Part shown: positions 1-18,361 of the stretch, one piece after another
Layout of the letters: each line of letters opens with the position of its first letter
Position numbering within the stretch: position 1 is the stretch's first letter
Assembly: GCF_011386835.1 (NCBI RefSeq)
Contig: NC_088791.1
Coordinates: 347,820,001-347,884,000, forward strand
DNA: 64,000 nucleotides
Reading direction: 5' to 3'
Origin: Chrysemys picta bellii
Lineage: Eukaryota
The notes under the pieces: model-generated
What the model was told of the DNA's origin: nothing
The model's database searches: none
What the model saw: only the letters and a program-made list of their open reading frames with translations
Made by a program: the position numbers and the translations under genes

Positions 1-190
1 GGATTGGAAGATTGGAAGAACCTTTTCTTTTATGTGATGAGATAAGATTTTCAGTAATCATCATCATATGTGACAGGTGTGTGTGGATGGAGGCCTGAGG
101 CTGGGTACTTTAAGGGAACTGCGTTATTTGGACTTCCGAGTAACCAGTGAGGTAACATAGAAGCTGTTCTGTGCTGGCTTGGTAAATCTA

Positions 191-1415
<1,225 letters not shown>

Positions 1416-1542
1416 TCATTGAGCGCACGCTATGCCGACAGTTCCCCATGTAAAAGCATCAGTGTTAAGGTGCTGTAGCAGGGGTGGGGAAGCTATGGCA
1501 ACTCTCCACGCCGCGAGTGGCCGGCTCGCCCTGCTGCGGGAG

Positions 1543-2740
1543 TAGGGTTACCATTCGTCCGGATTTACCCGGACATGTCCTCCTTTTTGTTCTAAAAATA
1601 GCGTCCGGGGGGAATTTGTAAAGCACTCAAAATGTCCGGGATTTCCCCCCTCCCCCCCCCCCGGCAGAGCAGAGCGAGCAGCTGGGAGGGCTGCAGGAAA
1701 GTCCCGGGCTGGACTCCGGAGCAGCTGTAGAGGAGCCGGATCCGCCCTGCATTCTGAGCCGGCAGCTCTCCCCTGCAGCCCGGTCCAGCAGCACTGTGCA
1801 GGGCCAGGGACCGGGTTTTGTTGTGCTGGGGAGCGCAGCCACGTGTCCCGCTTGCACAGAGCCCAACACCCTGTTCTGAGCAGCAGGGTAAGGGGGCCAG
1901 GGGGCAGGAGAAGGGGCAGGGAGGTTCTGGAGGGGGCAGTCAAGAAACGGGGGGGGCTTTTTGGGGGGAGTGGAGAAAGTTTTGGGCAGTCAGGGTACAG
2001 GTAGGGGGTAGGGTCCTGGGGGGAAGTTGGGGGCGGTCTTAGGAGGGGGCAGTTAGGGGACAAGGAACAGGGAGTCTTAGGTAGGGGGTGGGGTTCTGGA
2101 GGGCAGTTAGGAGCAGGGGTCCCAGGAGGGGGCAGTCAGGGGACAAGGAGCGGGGGGGGTGGGGGGCTGGGAGTTCTGGGGGGGAGCTGTCAGGGGGCAG
2201 GAGTGCGGAGAGGGATCGGAGCAGTCAGGGGACAGGGAGCAGAGGGGTTTAGATGGGTTGGGAGTTCTGGGGGGGGGCTGTCAGGGGGCAGGAGTGGGGA
2301 GAGGGATCGGAGCAGTCAGGGGACAGGGAGCAGAGGGGTTTAGATGGGTTGGGAGTTCTGGGGGGGGCTGTCAGGGGGCAGGAGTGCGGAGAGGGATCGG
2401 AGCAGTCAGGGGACAGGGAGCAGAGGGGTTTAGATGGGTTGGGAGTTCTGGGGGGGCTGTCAGGGGGTGGGGAGTGGTTGGATGGGGCGTGGGAGTCCCA
2501 GGGGTCTGTCTGGGGGTGGGGGTGTGGATAAGGGTTGGGGCAGTCAGGGGACAAGAGGCAGAGAGGCTTAGATAGGGAGTGGAGTCCTGGGGGGCAGTTA
2601 GGGGCAGGGGTCCCAGGAGGGGGCAGTCAGGGGACAAGGAACGGGGGGAGGGTTGGGGGTTCTGGGGGGCGGGAAGTGGGAGGGGCAGGGGCGGGGCTCC
2701 TCCCGTCCTCTTTTTTGCTTGCTGAAATATGGTAACCCTA
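1543..2740. mobile_element. Nested hAT element (Tip100/MER96-like TIR)
   Basis: TIRs TAGGGTTACCAT / ATGGTAACCCTA; perfect 8-bp TSD tgcgggag at 1535-1542 and 2741-2748. Confidence 0.85.
2170..2460. repeat. G-rich tandem repeat, about 90-nt unit x3, inside the nested hAT element
   Basis: Unit gggagttctggggggggctgtcagggggcaggagt...agaggggtttagatgggtt recurs near 2170, 2261, 2351 and 2441. Confidence 0.8.
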
Positions 2741-3119
2741 TGCGGGAGGGGAGCTGGGGTTGCCATGCCGTTAAAAGTCCAGTCAGCTCCGCGCAACTTC
2801 CAGAAGCGACCGGCATGTCCCTGCAGCCCCATGGCGCTGGGGCGATCAGGGAAGCTCTGCGCGCTGCCCCCACCCCCAGCGCTGGCTCTGCAGCTCCCAT
2901 TGGCTGGGAACCGCGGCCATTGGGAGCTGTGGGGGCGGCGGCACTGTGCAGAGCCCCCTGGCCCCTCTGCCTAGGGGCCAGACATGCCGGCCACTTCTGG
3001 GAGCAGCACAGATCCAGGGCAGGCAGGGAGCCTGCCTTACTCCTGCTGCACCACCGAACAAGAGCCGCCTGAAGTAAGCGCCACCCCGGCCGGAACCTGC
3101 ACCCCGAACTCCCTGCCAC

Positions 3120-3720
3120 AGGTTGGAACCCCCTCCCGCACCCTAACTCCCTCCCAGACCCCACACCCAGCACCCCAACCCCCTGCCACAGGTCGCAACC
3201 CCCTCCCGCACCCTAACTCCCTCCCAGACCCCGCACCACGACCTACACTGCCTTCCCCAGGTCGCAACCCCCTCCCGCACCCTAACTCCCTCCCAGACCC
3301 CGCACCACGACCTACACTGCCTTCCCCAGGTCGCAACCCCCTCCCGCACCCTAACTCCCTCCCAGACCCCGCACCCAGCACCCCGAACTCCCTGCCACAG
3401 GCTGGAACCCCCTCCCGCACCCTAACTCCCTCCCAGACCCTGCACCCCCACCTGCACCCCAACCTCCTGCCCCAGCCCTGAGCCCCCTCCCGCACCCTAA
3501 CTCCCTCCCAGACCCCGCACCACGACCAACACTGCCTTCCCCAGGTCGCAACACACTCCTGCACCCTAACTCCCTCCCAGACCCCACACCACGACCTACA
3601 CTGCCTTCCCCAGGTCGCAACCCACTCCCACACCCTAACTCCCTCCCAGACCCCACACCCAGCACCCCAACCCCCTGTCACAGGTCGCAACCCCCTCCCA
3701 CACCCTATCTGCCTCCCAGA
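3120..3720. repeat. C-rich minisatellite, about 68-nt unit, inside the host hAT element
   Basis: Repeated ggtcgcaaccccctcccgcaccctaactccctcccagacccc...; explains the repetitive ORFs in the track. Confidence 0.8.
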
Positions 3721-4550
3721 CCCTGCACCCCCACCTGCACCCCAACCTCTTGCCCCAGCCCTGAGCCCCCTCCTGCACCCCAAACCCCTCATCCCCAGCC
3801 CCACCCAGAGCCCAAACCCCCAGTCAGAGCCCTTACCCCCTCCCACACCCCAAGCCCCTTCCACAACCTGGAGCCCCCTCCTGCACCCTGAACCCCTCAT
3901 TTCTGGCCCTACCCCAGAGCCTAGGGGAAGCCCCGAACCTCCATGCCCCCTGCGGGGCTGTGTGTGGCCTGTGATTGATTTTTTTCTGTGGGTCGGTGGC
4001 CCTGAGGTTCCCCACCCCTGTGCTACAGCCTAGTGCGCTATGAAAACCCAAGAGAAAGTGACCACGAAGCCACCTTCTGGCGGCTTTTATATCCTAGGCA
4101 TCTCAATGAGACACAAGTGATGCCCCCACCTTTTTGACTTCTCCTTTGTCTTGAAAGTCTCACTCGATGCTCTGAGCTGAGCGCCCACAGTCTCGCCTCA
4201 AGAGTTGCTTGTTTCCACCCTTGCTGTGAGCTTCTCTCCACCCAACACCCACCCGTGGGTGCATCCCTTCTCTTCCCTCTGCATTACAGCACCAGACACT
4301 TGCTTCTGGTTGCACAATCCGACCCTTGCCCAGAGATTCAAGTGGCTGAGCACTACTGGCTTTGAGCCAGTGGATTCCTGGCCAGCTGCTGTTAACCAGT
4401 CTCAGATCCAGTCAAATCTCTTTCTGAACATTAGCATGGCCAGCTGTACAGGCCTCTGTGAGGTAAGGGCGAGGCTCGCCCCACAGCTGTGCAATGGGGA
4501 AAGGGTTAAGCATTGACACTGACCATCAGCTCTCCCACAGGCAGGTCTTT

Positions 4551-4729
4551 CATAGACTATCAGGGTTGGAAGGGACCTCAGGAGGTCATCTAGTCCAACC
4601 CCCTGCTGAAAGCAGGACCAATCCCCAGACAGATTTTTGCCCCAGATCCCTAAGTGGCCCCCTCAAGGATTGAATTTACAACCCTGAGTTTAGCAGGCCA
4701 ATGCTCAAACCACTGAGCTAACCCTCCCC
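4551..4729 (-). mobile_element. Tortoise-type tRNA-derived SINE with CR1-like 3' tail
   Basis: Minus strand reads gggagggttagctcagtggtttgagcattggcctgctaaa... (tRNA-like head), then ...gatgacctcctgaggtcccttccaaccctgatagtctatg (CR1 tail). Confidence 0.8.
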
Positions 4730-4994
4730 GTTTGCACAGACTCCACGTACTGCAGACTGTTATCATATACAAATTCACAGTCCTGCCTATAACCCGGCAC
4801 CTTCAACTCCAACACCCCCCCGGCCTTTGGGTTGGGAGAGAAATCAATCCGGCACCAACACCAGGCCCTATCACCTCTTCCTGTGACATTACCCCTTTCA
4901 CAGATGGGGACACTCCTGAACTCATCTCAGTGCTCTCTGAATGCAGGCAACCATAGCACGAGACTGGAATCCCTCAAGCGGACACAGGGGGAGA

Positions 4995-5420
4995 AGTAGA
5001 ATTTATAAATCATCCGGTTGTTGTGATCCCCTAGTCTGACCTGCTGTATAGCACAGACCAGAGACCTGCCCTGAATTAATTCCTGCTCGAACAAGAACAA
5101 ATCATTCAGAAAAACAGCCGGTCTGGGTTTAGAAGGTGCCAGTGATGGAGACTCCACCATGACCTTTGGTAAGTTGTTGCAATGGTTAGTTACCCTCCCT
5201 GTTGTAAATTGACACTTTATTTCCAGTCTGAATTTATCTTCTTCAACTTCCCCAGTCACTGGATTGTGTTAGATCTTCCTCTGCTAGACTGAAGAGCCCT
5301 CTACTATTAAATTTCTGTTGCTTATGTAAGTACTTGGGAACCGATCAAGTCACACCTTAGCATTCACTTAATTAAACTAAACAGATCTAGCTCCTGGAGT
5401 CTCTCTGTGTGAGGCAGGTT
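4995..5420 (-). mobile_element. Degenerate CR1 LINE 3' fragment
   Basis: Minus-strand ORF remnant EDKFRLEIKCQF...NHCNNLP resembles the CR1 ORF2 C-terminus, followed by a CR1-like 3' end. Confidence 0.6.
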
Positions 5421-6662
5421 TTCCTGTCCTTGAGTCGCTCCTGGGGCTTTTCTCTTAGCCAGCTCTAATGTATCAATAAGTTATTCTAGTAGCCCTTTAA
5501 CTGGGGTGGGGAAGGAAACTACCATACACCTAGCACTGTCTGATTACTGTTACCTTCCACTCAACTGGGACAGGGAAACCAGACTAGTCAGTTACACACT
5601 AGCACAATGTTATGCTGTGAGGATCACAAGCCAGAAGAGCATGTGAAACTCACAAATGCCAGTTCAAAGGGGAATTGTAAAGGGAAAGAGTAAAAATTAT
5701 TTCTTTTCATTTTAGGTTACTGGCTTCTGCATCCCCTGAGGTAGTTTCTACAGCCCTTTGAAGGCAGAAGATACAGACCTGAGAGCAATGCTTAGATTGC
5801 CCTCCCTCCTTTTTAAAAACATAATAAAAATATTTGTCAGCCTCCCATTTTTCCGCATTAAGTGATTTCCTCCATCTTCAGGTACTAGCCTATAAACTAC
5901 AGATTAAGGGCCCCCTCCCTACAACAGCCTTATAAAGCATTGTCAAAGCTAATGACATTTACACCTAAACTCTAGACATAAGACACCAGCTAGCCTTGAT
6001 CACATCAGAAAAACTCATTAAAACATCAGGGGAACATACCTTACAGAAAGGCCAAACCAAAACAAGTTCTTCTCAGTAGCTTCAAGCAACTGCTTAGCAG
6101 AGCAGCTACACCTCTGGAGTTAATAACAAAGCCCCCAGGTCTGAACGCTTTTGAGCAACTCGGGTGCTGTGGTTAACAAGGCTTTAGTTTTAATCAGCGC
6201 TCATTACCTTCGGAGTTAGTAACAGACAAAGAGCTCACTGTGTTTGCCCGGAGGGCAGCCTAGTGCCATGGAAGAAGACAATCCAGCTCTTCATTTCAAA
6301 GGTCAGATGTCTGATCAACCCTTGGCCAATGAGTATAGAGTCCAACCTCCTGGGCACTTTTCCTTTGCTCTGTATCTCATGTGAGATAAAGGAGTCATAG
6401 AACTTCTTGCTCAGGCCTCTTCCTTCTAATCTTTCAATAAATAACCCACTCACCTGAGGGCTCTACCTAGCCTGTGTTTGCATTGACCTGGGATGCCCCA
6501 GTACAGATCAGAGAGGTTTGCTATGAGGAGGTGTTTAGCATAGCGTGACTCACACACTGTCACCTGCCAGAGCTGGGATGTGAACCCAGGACTTCTGCAG
6601 CCCAGGCCAGGCCAGCCCCCTGTGCACTAGGCCATGTTGCATCTCTCCAAGCTACTCTGTGG

Positions 6663-6785
6663 TAGGGTGACCAGACAGCAAGTGTGAAAAGTCGGGACGT
6701 GGGGTAGGGGTAATAGGAACCTATATAAGAAAAAGACCCCAAAATTGGGACTGTCCCTATACAATTGGGACATCTGGTCACCCTA
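6663..6785. mobile_element. 123-bp hAT MITE (Tip100/MER96-like)
   Basis: TIRs TAGGGTGACCAGA / TCTGGTCACCCTA; perfect TSD ctctgtgg. Same family as 44660-44783. Confidence 0.88.
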
Positions 6786-7989
6786 CTCTGTGGACACCAC
6801 TTTGAACTCCTTGGATGCGCTGTAATCGCACAATGGTGAATATGTGAGGCACAGTGGGCTAGTGGTTAGAGCCCCAGAATGACTGACAGGCAAGCTGGCC
6901 TGCTCACCTTTGAGCTCTGGGTGAGAAAAACACCATCGAAGCACAAGCGGTTCTCGTTATCTTCACTCCAGAGATGTTACCACACAAGCAAAAGTACCTG
7001 ATAAAGTGACAGGAGCAATTCACTTGGGTGAACTTCAGGGTAATCTCTATGGGATCTGGATCACTGCGGCTAATTACAAAGGCAAGGGACTTGCTAAAAG
7101 CCACATTTCCATATACAGGAATAGGGATAATCAGAGGACAAGCTGCCCCCCGGCTAAGCTGGTTGTGTAGTATAATGCAGCTCATTCTGTTTTTCTCTTC
7201 CCAGTAAAGTCCCCCCCTCTGTTACACTTTTTGGCGTTTCGTTCCTTTGCAAGGGTTAGTTTTATTTTCCTTAATGGTCCCTGGCCGCTGGGCTTTACGC
7301 TCCTGGCCAGCTAGCAGTATTGCCGATCTTCTCAAGGGCAGCACCCCTGGATGTCTGGCCAGGGCGGCTTGTCAGCCCAAACACGGGAGGTGCAGTCCAC
7401 CCAAGAGTTCCCAAAAGCCACAACATCCATTTTGCATGTTTGTTTGTTTTTATTGACTTGATATTGACAGATTTAAGGGCAAATTGGGGGTGGATTTAAA
7501 TGTCACAACTCGCTCTCTGCAGTAGCCAAACACCAACCCCCAGAATTCAAAGCATGTGGGGCTGCGTGAGGCTCAAATCTCGGTATAGCGGAGAGTGCCT
7601 CATGTAGTTGCCTTGTTCCCATGGCAGTTCACCACGCCCAGGAGGCATTTTATCAGGGCATTGCTGGGGTGACCATCTGCTGCTGCTTCTTCCTTCTAAG
7701 TAGCTATTACACTATACGTTGAGGGGAGGAGGGAATTGGTATTTTGTGATTTGTGTCTCACCTATCAAAATAGTCAGGCACCACCACAGCTTGCCCAGCA
7801 AGGAGTCGCATGGGTGCCAGAAAAGAAGGGAAGAGGCGTAAGCCACCCCTCAGGGGCATGGCTGGTGACGAATCGGGGGCTCTGGCTGCATCACTTCTGA
7901 ACTGGGGGTGACTTTGTGAAATTGTGTCATGAAATGACTGGGTCGTGAGAAACCTCTATGCCCGGGCTGTAGTTAGTCATTGGCGGCAT

Positions 7990-9808
7990 GTATGTGTGGT
8001 CTTTCAGTGCGCTGCCCCAGCTCTGTGCAGACGCGGCACACCTCGACCAAACGGCCCAGTAAAACCACAGATCCGTTTCAGTAGCGACAGCGCTTGGTCA
8101 GGTTTATTGTCAATGAAGCACGGTACTAGTATCCCGTTGACTCTATAGAACTACTGAGCCAAGTATGCCCGTTACAAGGGACCAGCCCAGTGAATGGTGG
8201 GATTTTCCATTCCCCCCCTAGGCCAGACAAAGACACTCCCTCTGAGACCTCTTTATACCTTGATGCAAACAAGTTACATGTTGCCTCTCTGATGCGGTTA
8301 GTTACCACCCATCACCTTGTATATGTTGGTTCAATGAAAACATTTCTATCCATCACCCTGTCATCCTGACCTTATCTTTAAGAGGGGTCAGCATGTTCCT
8401 GTTATCTTTGGGGAATGTGTTTGTACCGTACTTGGTATTGGGGTGTTTTGATACCACACTTCTGGAATGTGCTTGTGTGAGTGGTGTGACATTCTCCTGG
8501 TGTTATCTGGGCTGGTGATCTGCTAGGTCACTCCAATCCTTGACTCTGGGAGCCAGAGTTACCTTGCTCTGCTGTGAGAACCCCCACTCCTGGGCTGTTC
8601 ACACACAGCCTCTAGCATGTAAGCTGCTCCCAGCTACGTGAGTGAGCACTTTTGGCCAGCTACTGCTTGGATTGTGCAACCAAACAACACTAGCCAATAT
8701 CTCGGGTCCCAGACACGACCCTAGGAACCTCCGCCTTGCAGTGTCATTATGCCCCCTGGACGCTGCAAGCTTATATGAGTTTGTCAATTTAACAAAGAAA
8801 TTGATATGTACCAGCCTTGTTATCCCAAGGAGAGTCTCTGACATGCTTCAAATCAAACAGACAGCTTCAGGTAGAATAAACAAATTTATTAACTAAAAAG
8901 ATAGATTGTAAGTCATTATAAGTCAAAGCACAAGAAGTCAGATTTGGTCAAATGAAATGAAAGCAAAACACATTTTAAGCTCATTTTAACACTTTCAATG
9001 CCCTTACAAACTTAGATGCTTCTCACCACAGGCTGGCTGGTTGCTCTACAGCCAGGCTCTCCCCTTTGGTCAGCGCTTCAGTCGCTTGGTGGTGGTGTCT
9101 GTAGATGGAGGTGGAAGAGAGAGGAAGAGCAGGGCAAACGTCTTTCCCTTTTATCATGTTCTTTCTTCCCTTCTGGCTTTGCCCCCCGCCCCTTCAGAGT
9201 CAGGTGAGCATTACCTCATCGTAGTCCCAAACTCACCAAGGGAAGGGGGGTGACTCACTCGAGAGTCCAACAAATCCTTTGTTGCTACCTAGGCCAGCGT
9301 CCTTTGTTCCTGTGAGGCTGGGCTGGGTTTGTCCCATACATGCCCTGATGAGGTGTGAACTGCCCCTCTGCTCCTGGAGAGTTTTACCTGGGCTTGTTTT
9401 AAGACATGAGGACACATTTTCAGCCTCATAACTATATACATGAAATTACAACCTATAACATCACTATAACAATGCTCAGTGCATCACAAGCCTTCTGAAG
9501 ACACCCGACATGACAAATTTTGCATTGGATATCACACAATCATATTATAAGGATGAACGTGGGGGTGCTGGGTGTTCCCCCGAGGTACAGAGCATCACAA
9601 GTGGTCTGTGCCTACCACTTCTCAGGAATGTTTGTTTTTGCAATACCAGCCATGTTCTTGCCAGGTTCTGTGAACTTGTAAGCAGGCATGTTTTATAACA
9701 GGGCCTGACTTCTGCTCCCAGCTTGACTCTTACTACCTTTGCTTCATAGCAGCAGGGCTTGACCACTACTTTAGTTTAAACCTCGGGCCTCATACCAGGT
9801 CTCTTACA
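7990..9808 (-). mobile_element. Older LTR-like element interrupted by a younger solo LTR; boundaries approximate
   Basis: Shares gcgctgccccagctctg(t/c)gcaga and an AATAAACC motif region with 59284-59935. Minus strand begins TGTAAGAG. No TSD resolved. Confidence 0.45.
8485..9599. mobile_element. Solo LTR, 1115 bp
   Basis: TGTGAC...TCACA termini; perfect 5-bp TSD agtgg at 8480-8484 and 9600-9604. Confidence 0.85.
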
Positions 9809-10589
9809 CCAGGCCTCATGTCTCAGGCTCTCTTTCTACTACACCGGGATCCCCCAGGAGTTAGCAGGGCTGTGTCAGGCCAGAGACAGGGGCCCTAACC
9901 ACTGCACCACCCTGTCTCATCCCAATGTCCACTGTGGGACGTTCAAGCCCCACAATCATCTCAGAGGAGTAAAGAGCATTCTGGACAAGACACCATCCCC
10001 TTAGGCATGCTGCCTTCCTAATCTTGCAAATCTAGAGGGGCTGCCTGAGTCTGTAAACCCCATGGGCCTGTTTCTGTCCAAATGAGCCGAGGCATTTATT
10101 CATAACTAGCCCGGATCATCAAAAGCACTTTATTAACTGTCTGATCTCCACCACCCGCCTGGGAGGTAGGGCATACAGCTCCTTGCTCACGCCAAGCTCA
10201 CTAGAACATGCCTGCATGGGTGCACCAAGTCTCAACACAGTCCACGCCTTCCGCAAACAAGACACTAGATTCCAGCCATGACAAACTTTCACAATGTCTC
10301 CTGATTGCCGTGTTAGAACTCCCCATGACTTTGATGGGGTTTATTGCACAATCGCCTTGGCTGTGGGCCTGTGGCAGAGTGTTCTGGCTTTTTTATGACA
10401 GCAGGAACATTTTGCTGGGGTTGGCCGAGGAACAAAAGGAAATGACCCAAAGTATTAAAATACTGTTAACTCTTTCACTGGCCGGCCAATTGCTGCTCTG
10501 TCGCAGCCTCTGGAGAGATGATAAATACACCTTGAAAATACCAGAGCTCCCCTGGATTCCTTGTTGATGCAGCTAAGGACCAGATCATA

Positions 10590-10700
10590 AAACCATAGAT
10601 CAGGGTTGGAAGGGACCTCAGGAGGTATCTAGACCAACCCCCTGCTCAAAGCAGGACCAACCCCAACTACATCATCCCAGCCAGGGCTTTGTCAAGCCAG
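10590..10700 (-). mobile_element. CR1/SINE 3' tail fragment
   Basis: tagatcagggttggaagggacctcaggaggtatctagaccaaccccctgctcaaagcaggacc matches the tail of 4551-4729. Confidence 0.6.
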
Positions 10701-11299
10701 GCCTTACAGATGGTTTTACATCAATATTAATACTAATTTAAGTGGTGCTTTACAAACAAATATAGACTCCCACACCTGCTCTGAGGGCTACTAGAGATTA
10801 TCACCATGGTGGCCTAGTGAACAGGGGCGGCTCGAGGCACCAGCGCACCAAGCGCGTGCCCGGGGCGGCAAGCCGCAGGGGGTGGCCTGCCAGTCGCTGT
10901 GAGGGCGGCAGTCCCGCGGCGGGTACGCCAAAGGTGCGGGACTGGCATGCCGCCGAAGCTGCGTGACCAGCGGACCTCCCGCAGGCGCGCCGCCGGACCG
11001 CCATGTTTGGGGCAGCCCCGTGCCTCAGTTTCCCCACCGATCGCATGGGGCTCAGGACGCGACACGCTGCTGGGGGGGGCTGGGGACGAGCCGGGGCTGC
11101 CCAGAGGCAGTTGCCCGGGAGGGCGGGGGGGGTGTTCTCCTGCGCGCTGGGCGGGTTGGGGGGGTCGGTGCCAGGGGCCCGGGGGGGGGCAATTGTAGAG
11201 TTAACGTGTCCCGCAAGGGGGGGGGGGGTAATTCCCGCCCGACCCCAGCACTGGTGCCGTGGGACCCTGCGCGCGGGAGCAGCCCCGCCCCCCGGGGTT

Positions 11300-11700
11300 T
11301 TAACCCCCGCGCGCTGCCCCGCGTCACAGCGCCCCTGGCACGCGCAGCGCGGGGGGAGGGGCATGTAGCCGGCGGCCCCAGCAGCCCCTGGGGGCGGGAC
11401 CTGCCCCACTTCCGGCCGCCGGGGTTGCCGAGGGGCGGGGCTAAGGCCAGCCACTGGCACGCCCCAGGCGGGGTGGGGGTGGGGACGCGATTTCTCGCTA
11501 CCGACACGAGCCTCCCTAGTACGGCGCATGCGTAAGGCGAGGGGCTACCGCGGCTCCCACACCGTCACTTCCGGCGCGCAGGAAAATATGCTTCCAGGTC
11601 ACGCCCTCCTTCCCCCGCCCGCAGTCTGGGCACGGCTCTGGTGTCCGGTGAGTGGAGCTGCCTCGTACCACTCCGCGTGGCTCCGGAGCTGGCCCGGAAG
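11300..11700 (+). promoter_or_regulatory. ANAPC15 CpG-island promoter and non-coding first exon
   Basis: High CpG density from about 10820 to 12020; NRF1-like GCGCATGCGT near 11524; ETS motifs CACTTCCGG near 11566 and CCGGAAGT near 11694; splice donor CCG|GTGAGT at 11648. Confidence 0.65.
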
Positions 11701-11817
11701 TCCCGCCCCCTAAGCCCCGCCCCTCTCGGGAACCCCGCCCCCTCCTACCCCTGGAGCCCCATCCCGGGTGCGACCCCCCCTCAAACCACGTGCACCGCCC
11801 CCCCCCCCCCCCGAGCC

Positions 11818-16475
<4,658 letters not shown>

Positions 16476-16884
16476 CACGGCTGCATCTTGACCAGGTTAA
16501 AGGCTGCTGGCGTCCGCTGGAGCTGAAGGAGGGTAGGAGAGCTCTGCCTTCTGGCTTGGCATTGCCTAGGGGCATCAGATGGGACGGCTCGTCAGCACAG
16601 GGTCTGATGGACAGCAGCACTTGGAAGCCCTGGTTAGGGAAGTGTCCCTACTGCTGTCTGTCTCGTGATTATTTTGTGAACCGAATCTGGCTCAGCCTCA
16701 GGCCCCACAATGGAGCCAGCTGGAGAGAAGCTTTCGGTCTCAGCGCCTGCCCATGTTACCTGCGCCAGGGCAGCTGCTGTTAACGTACAGCTCTACATGG
16801 GATCACGGGACGACCGGGGTGGGACAGAGCAGCCGGGGCTGGCTTTGTGCATCTCTGGCGCTCACAGAAATGTGGGGGGGTTCC

Positions 16885-16890
16885 AATAAA
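16885..16890 (+). terminator. Probable ANAPC15 polyadenylation signal
   Basis: AATAAA about 410 nt after the stop codon, followed by a T-rich tract. Confidence 0.6.
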
Positions 16891-17405
16891 TAACACTTCA
16901 AAACAATTCTTTGAGGTTTTTTAATAGTAGTATTACAGTAGCACCTGGAAGTTCACCCAGGATTAAGGCCCCAGTGTGCTGGGTGCTGTACGTATATTTA
17001 GTAAGAGACCGTCTCTGTCACTTCATATAAAGGGGCTTCGCCCTACCATAGAGCCAGTGACCCAGGGAGCCGTTCTCATTTCACCTAATGGAGAGTAACC
17101 GGGATGCTCACCTGTCATTTCATTCCCAGAGTGACACATCAGAGAGCGCTTTACAAACCCCACTGTAACGTCCGTCTATCGCGCTGGGCCCAGGAAGTCC
17201 CCGGCGGCCAGGCAGTTTAGCTCAGCAATAAGTGGCCCGTCAGTGGCTTTGTTACAGTCTAAAGAACAGACAAAACCAACATGTTTCTCCTGGCTTGGCT
17301 CACACGGCCACATCTGGTCAGCAGCCTTTGCAATCAGGCTGCCCTGAGATAGGCCCCCGATTGCCGTGAGGCAGGAGCATAGTGCCTGAGTCGTGTAGAT
17401 ATGGG

Positions 17406-18108
17406 TGTGACGTTACGCCCCGTATTCTTCCTAGAAATAAGGTTATGCTACGAATATGGTCTAACTAAGAGAGACTGTGCAAGATGGGTCTTGTACGATA
17501 TCAGTGGAAAGGTTATGATTTACTGAATGTGTTTATCCAATTGGTATGCATGTATCATTGTTGTATCTGAAGCTGGGAATATTGACCATGTCTCTGTATT
17601 TCAAATGGGCTACTTTGGATGAGGCCAAACAATGTTAGTGGCTTATTGAGGAAATGCACACAAGCGCCACCCCAGGAACTGTGTGCAATAGAAACCTCTC
17701 AGAGAGAGCTCTACAGAATGGGAATTCTTTGACCCAGGTCACAGCAAAAAAGCTTTCCAGTAAGTGGGGGGAAGATATAAAAGAGGGACAATGACAACGT
17801 GAGGGGTCCTCACTCTCCCTACAACAACACAGCTGAAAACACCTGAGGAACAAAGACTGATCTGGGAGAAGTGATGGTCCCAGGCTAAGATCTTTAGCTT
17901 GTGTAAGAAAACCTGGGAAAGCCGAGGCAACTTGTGCCTTAAGAATCTGCCAGCCCGTTTATCACTGAGGGTGAGAATTTGTTCATTTGTATCCTACCTA
18001 TCTAGTGTGTTAAGCTCAGTCTGGGGCTTTTGTTTATTTACTAAGGTAATCTGCTTTGTTCTTTTGCTGTCCCTTTAACCTTAAGATTCACCTTTCGTGC
18101 CTGTCACG
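17406..18108 (+). mobile_element. Internally deleted solo LTR related to 25481-26640 and 31618-32756
   Basis: TGTGAC...TGTCAC(G) termini; near-TSD atggg/gtggg; shared blocks such as actgaatg...tatccaat...gtatgc.tgtatcat. Confidence 0.6.
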
Positions 18109-18361
18109 GTGGGCCCCAGTAATAAAGCTCACTTTGGGATCTGCTTGGCCCCCAAAGGCAGGTGTTTGGCTCCATCCATTAGAGAGGGTGGGGCGAGACA
18201 CCAAGTTTGGCTCCAGGCCTAAAGTTGGGGGGTGGATGGATGTGGGGCTGGGTTGGTCCTATCTCAGGCTCACTACAGTGTGCAGAAAATGCTTAGCACT
18301 TAGCCAAACACTTCAAAGGGCTTTCAGTGGCAGTGCAGTGGGTAAGTACTTATCTGCCCCA

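Larger units (their letters stand above)
1479..4020. mobile_element. Non-autonomous hAT DNA transposon (host of a nested element)
   Basis: Terminal inverted repeats (TIRs) CAGGGGTGGGGAA / TTCCCCACCCCTG; degenerate 8-bp TSD tgctgtag / tgctacag. Confidence 0.7.

Noticed and set aside
2170-3720. Regular repeat arrays resembling CRISPR
   Set aside because: Units are contiguous with no unique spacers, there are no cas genes, and the DNA is vertebrate.
1548-3900. Many long Pro/Gly-rich ORFs (up to 287 aa)
   Set aside because: They lie in GC-rich minisatellites inside TSD-bounded hAT elements, are open in several frames on both strands and have no domain. The same applies to ORFs at 37061-38036, 39513-40690 and 54753-57065.
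6226-7185. Small ORFs and donor-like sites as extra FOLR exons
   Set aside because: No folate-receptor homology. They could be 5' UTR exons, but sequence alone cannot support this.
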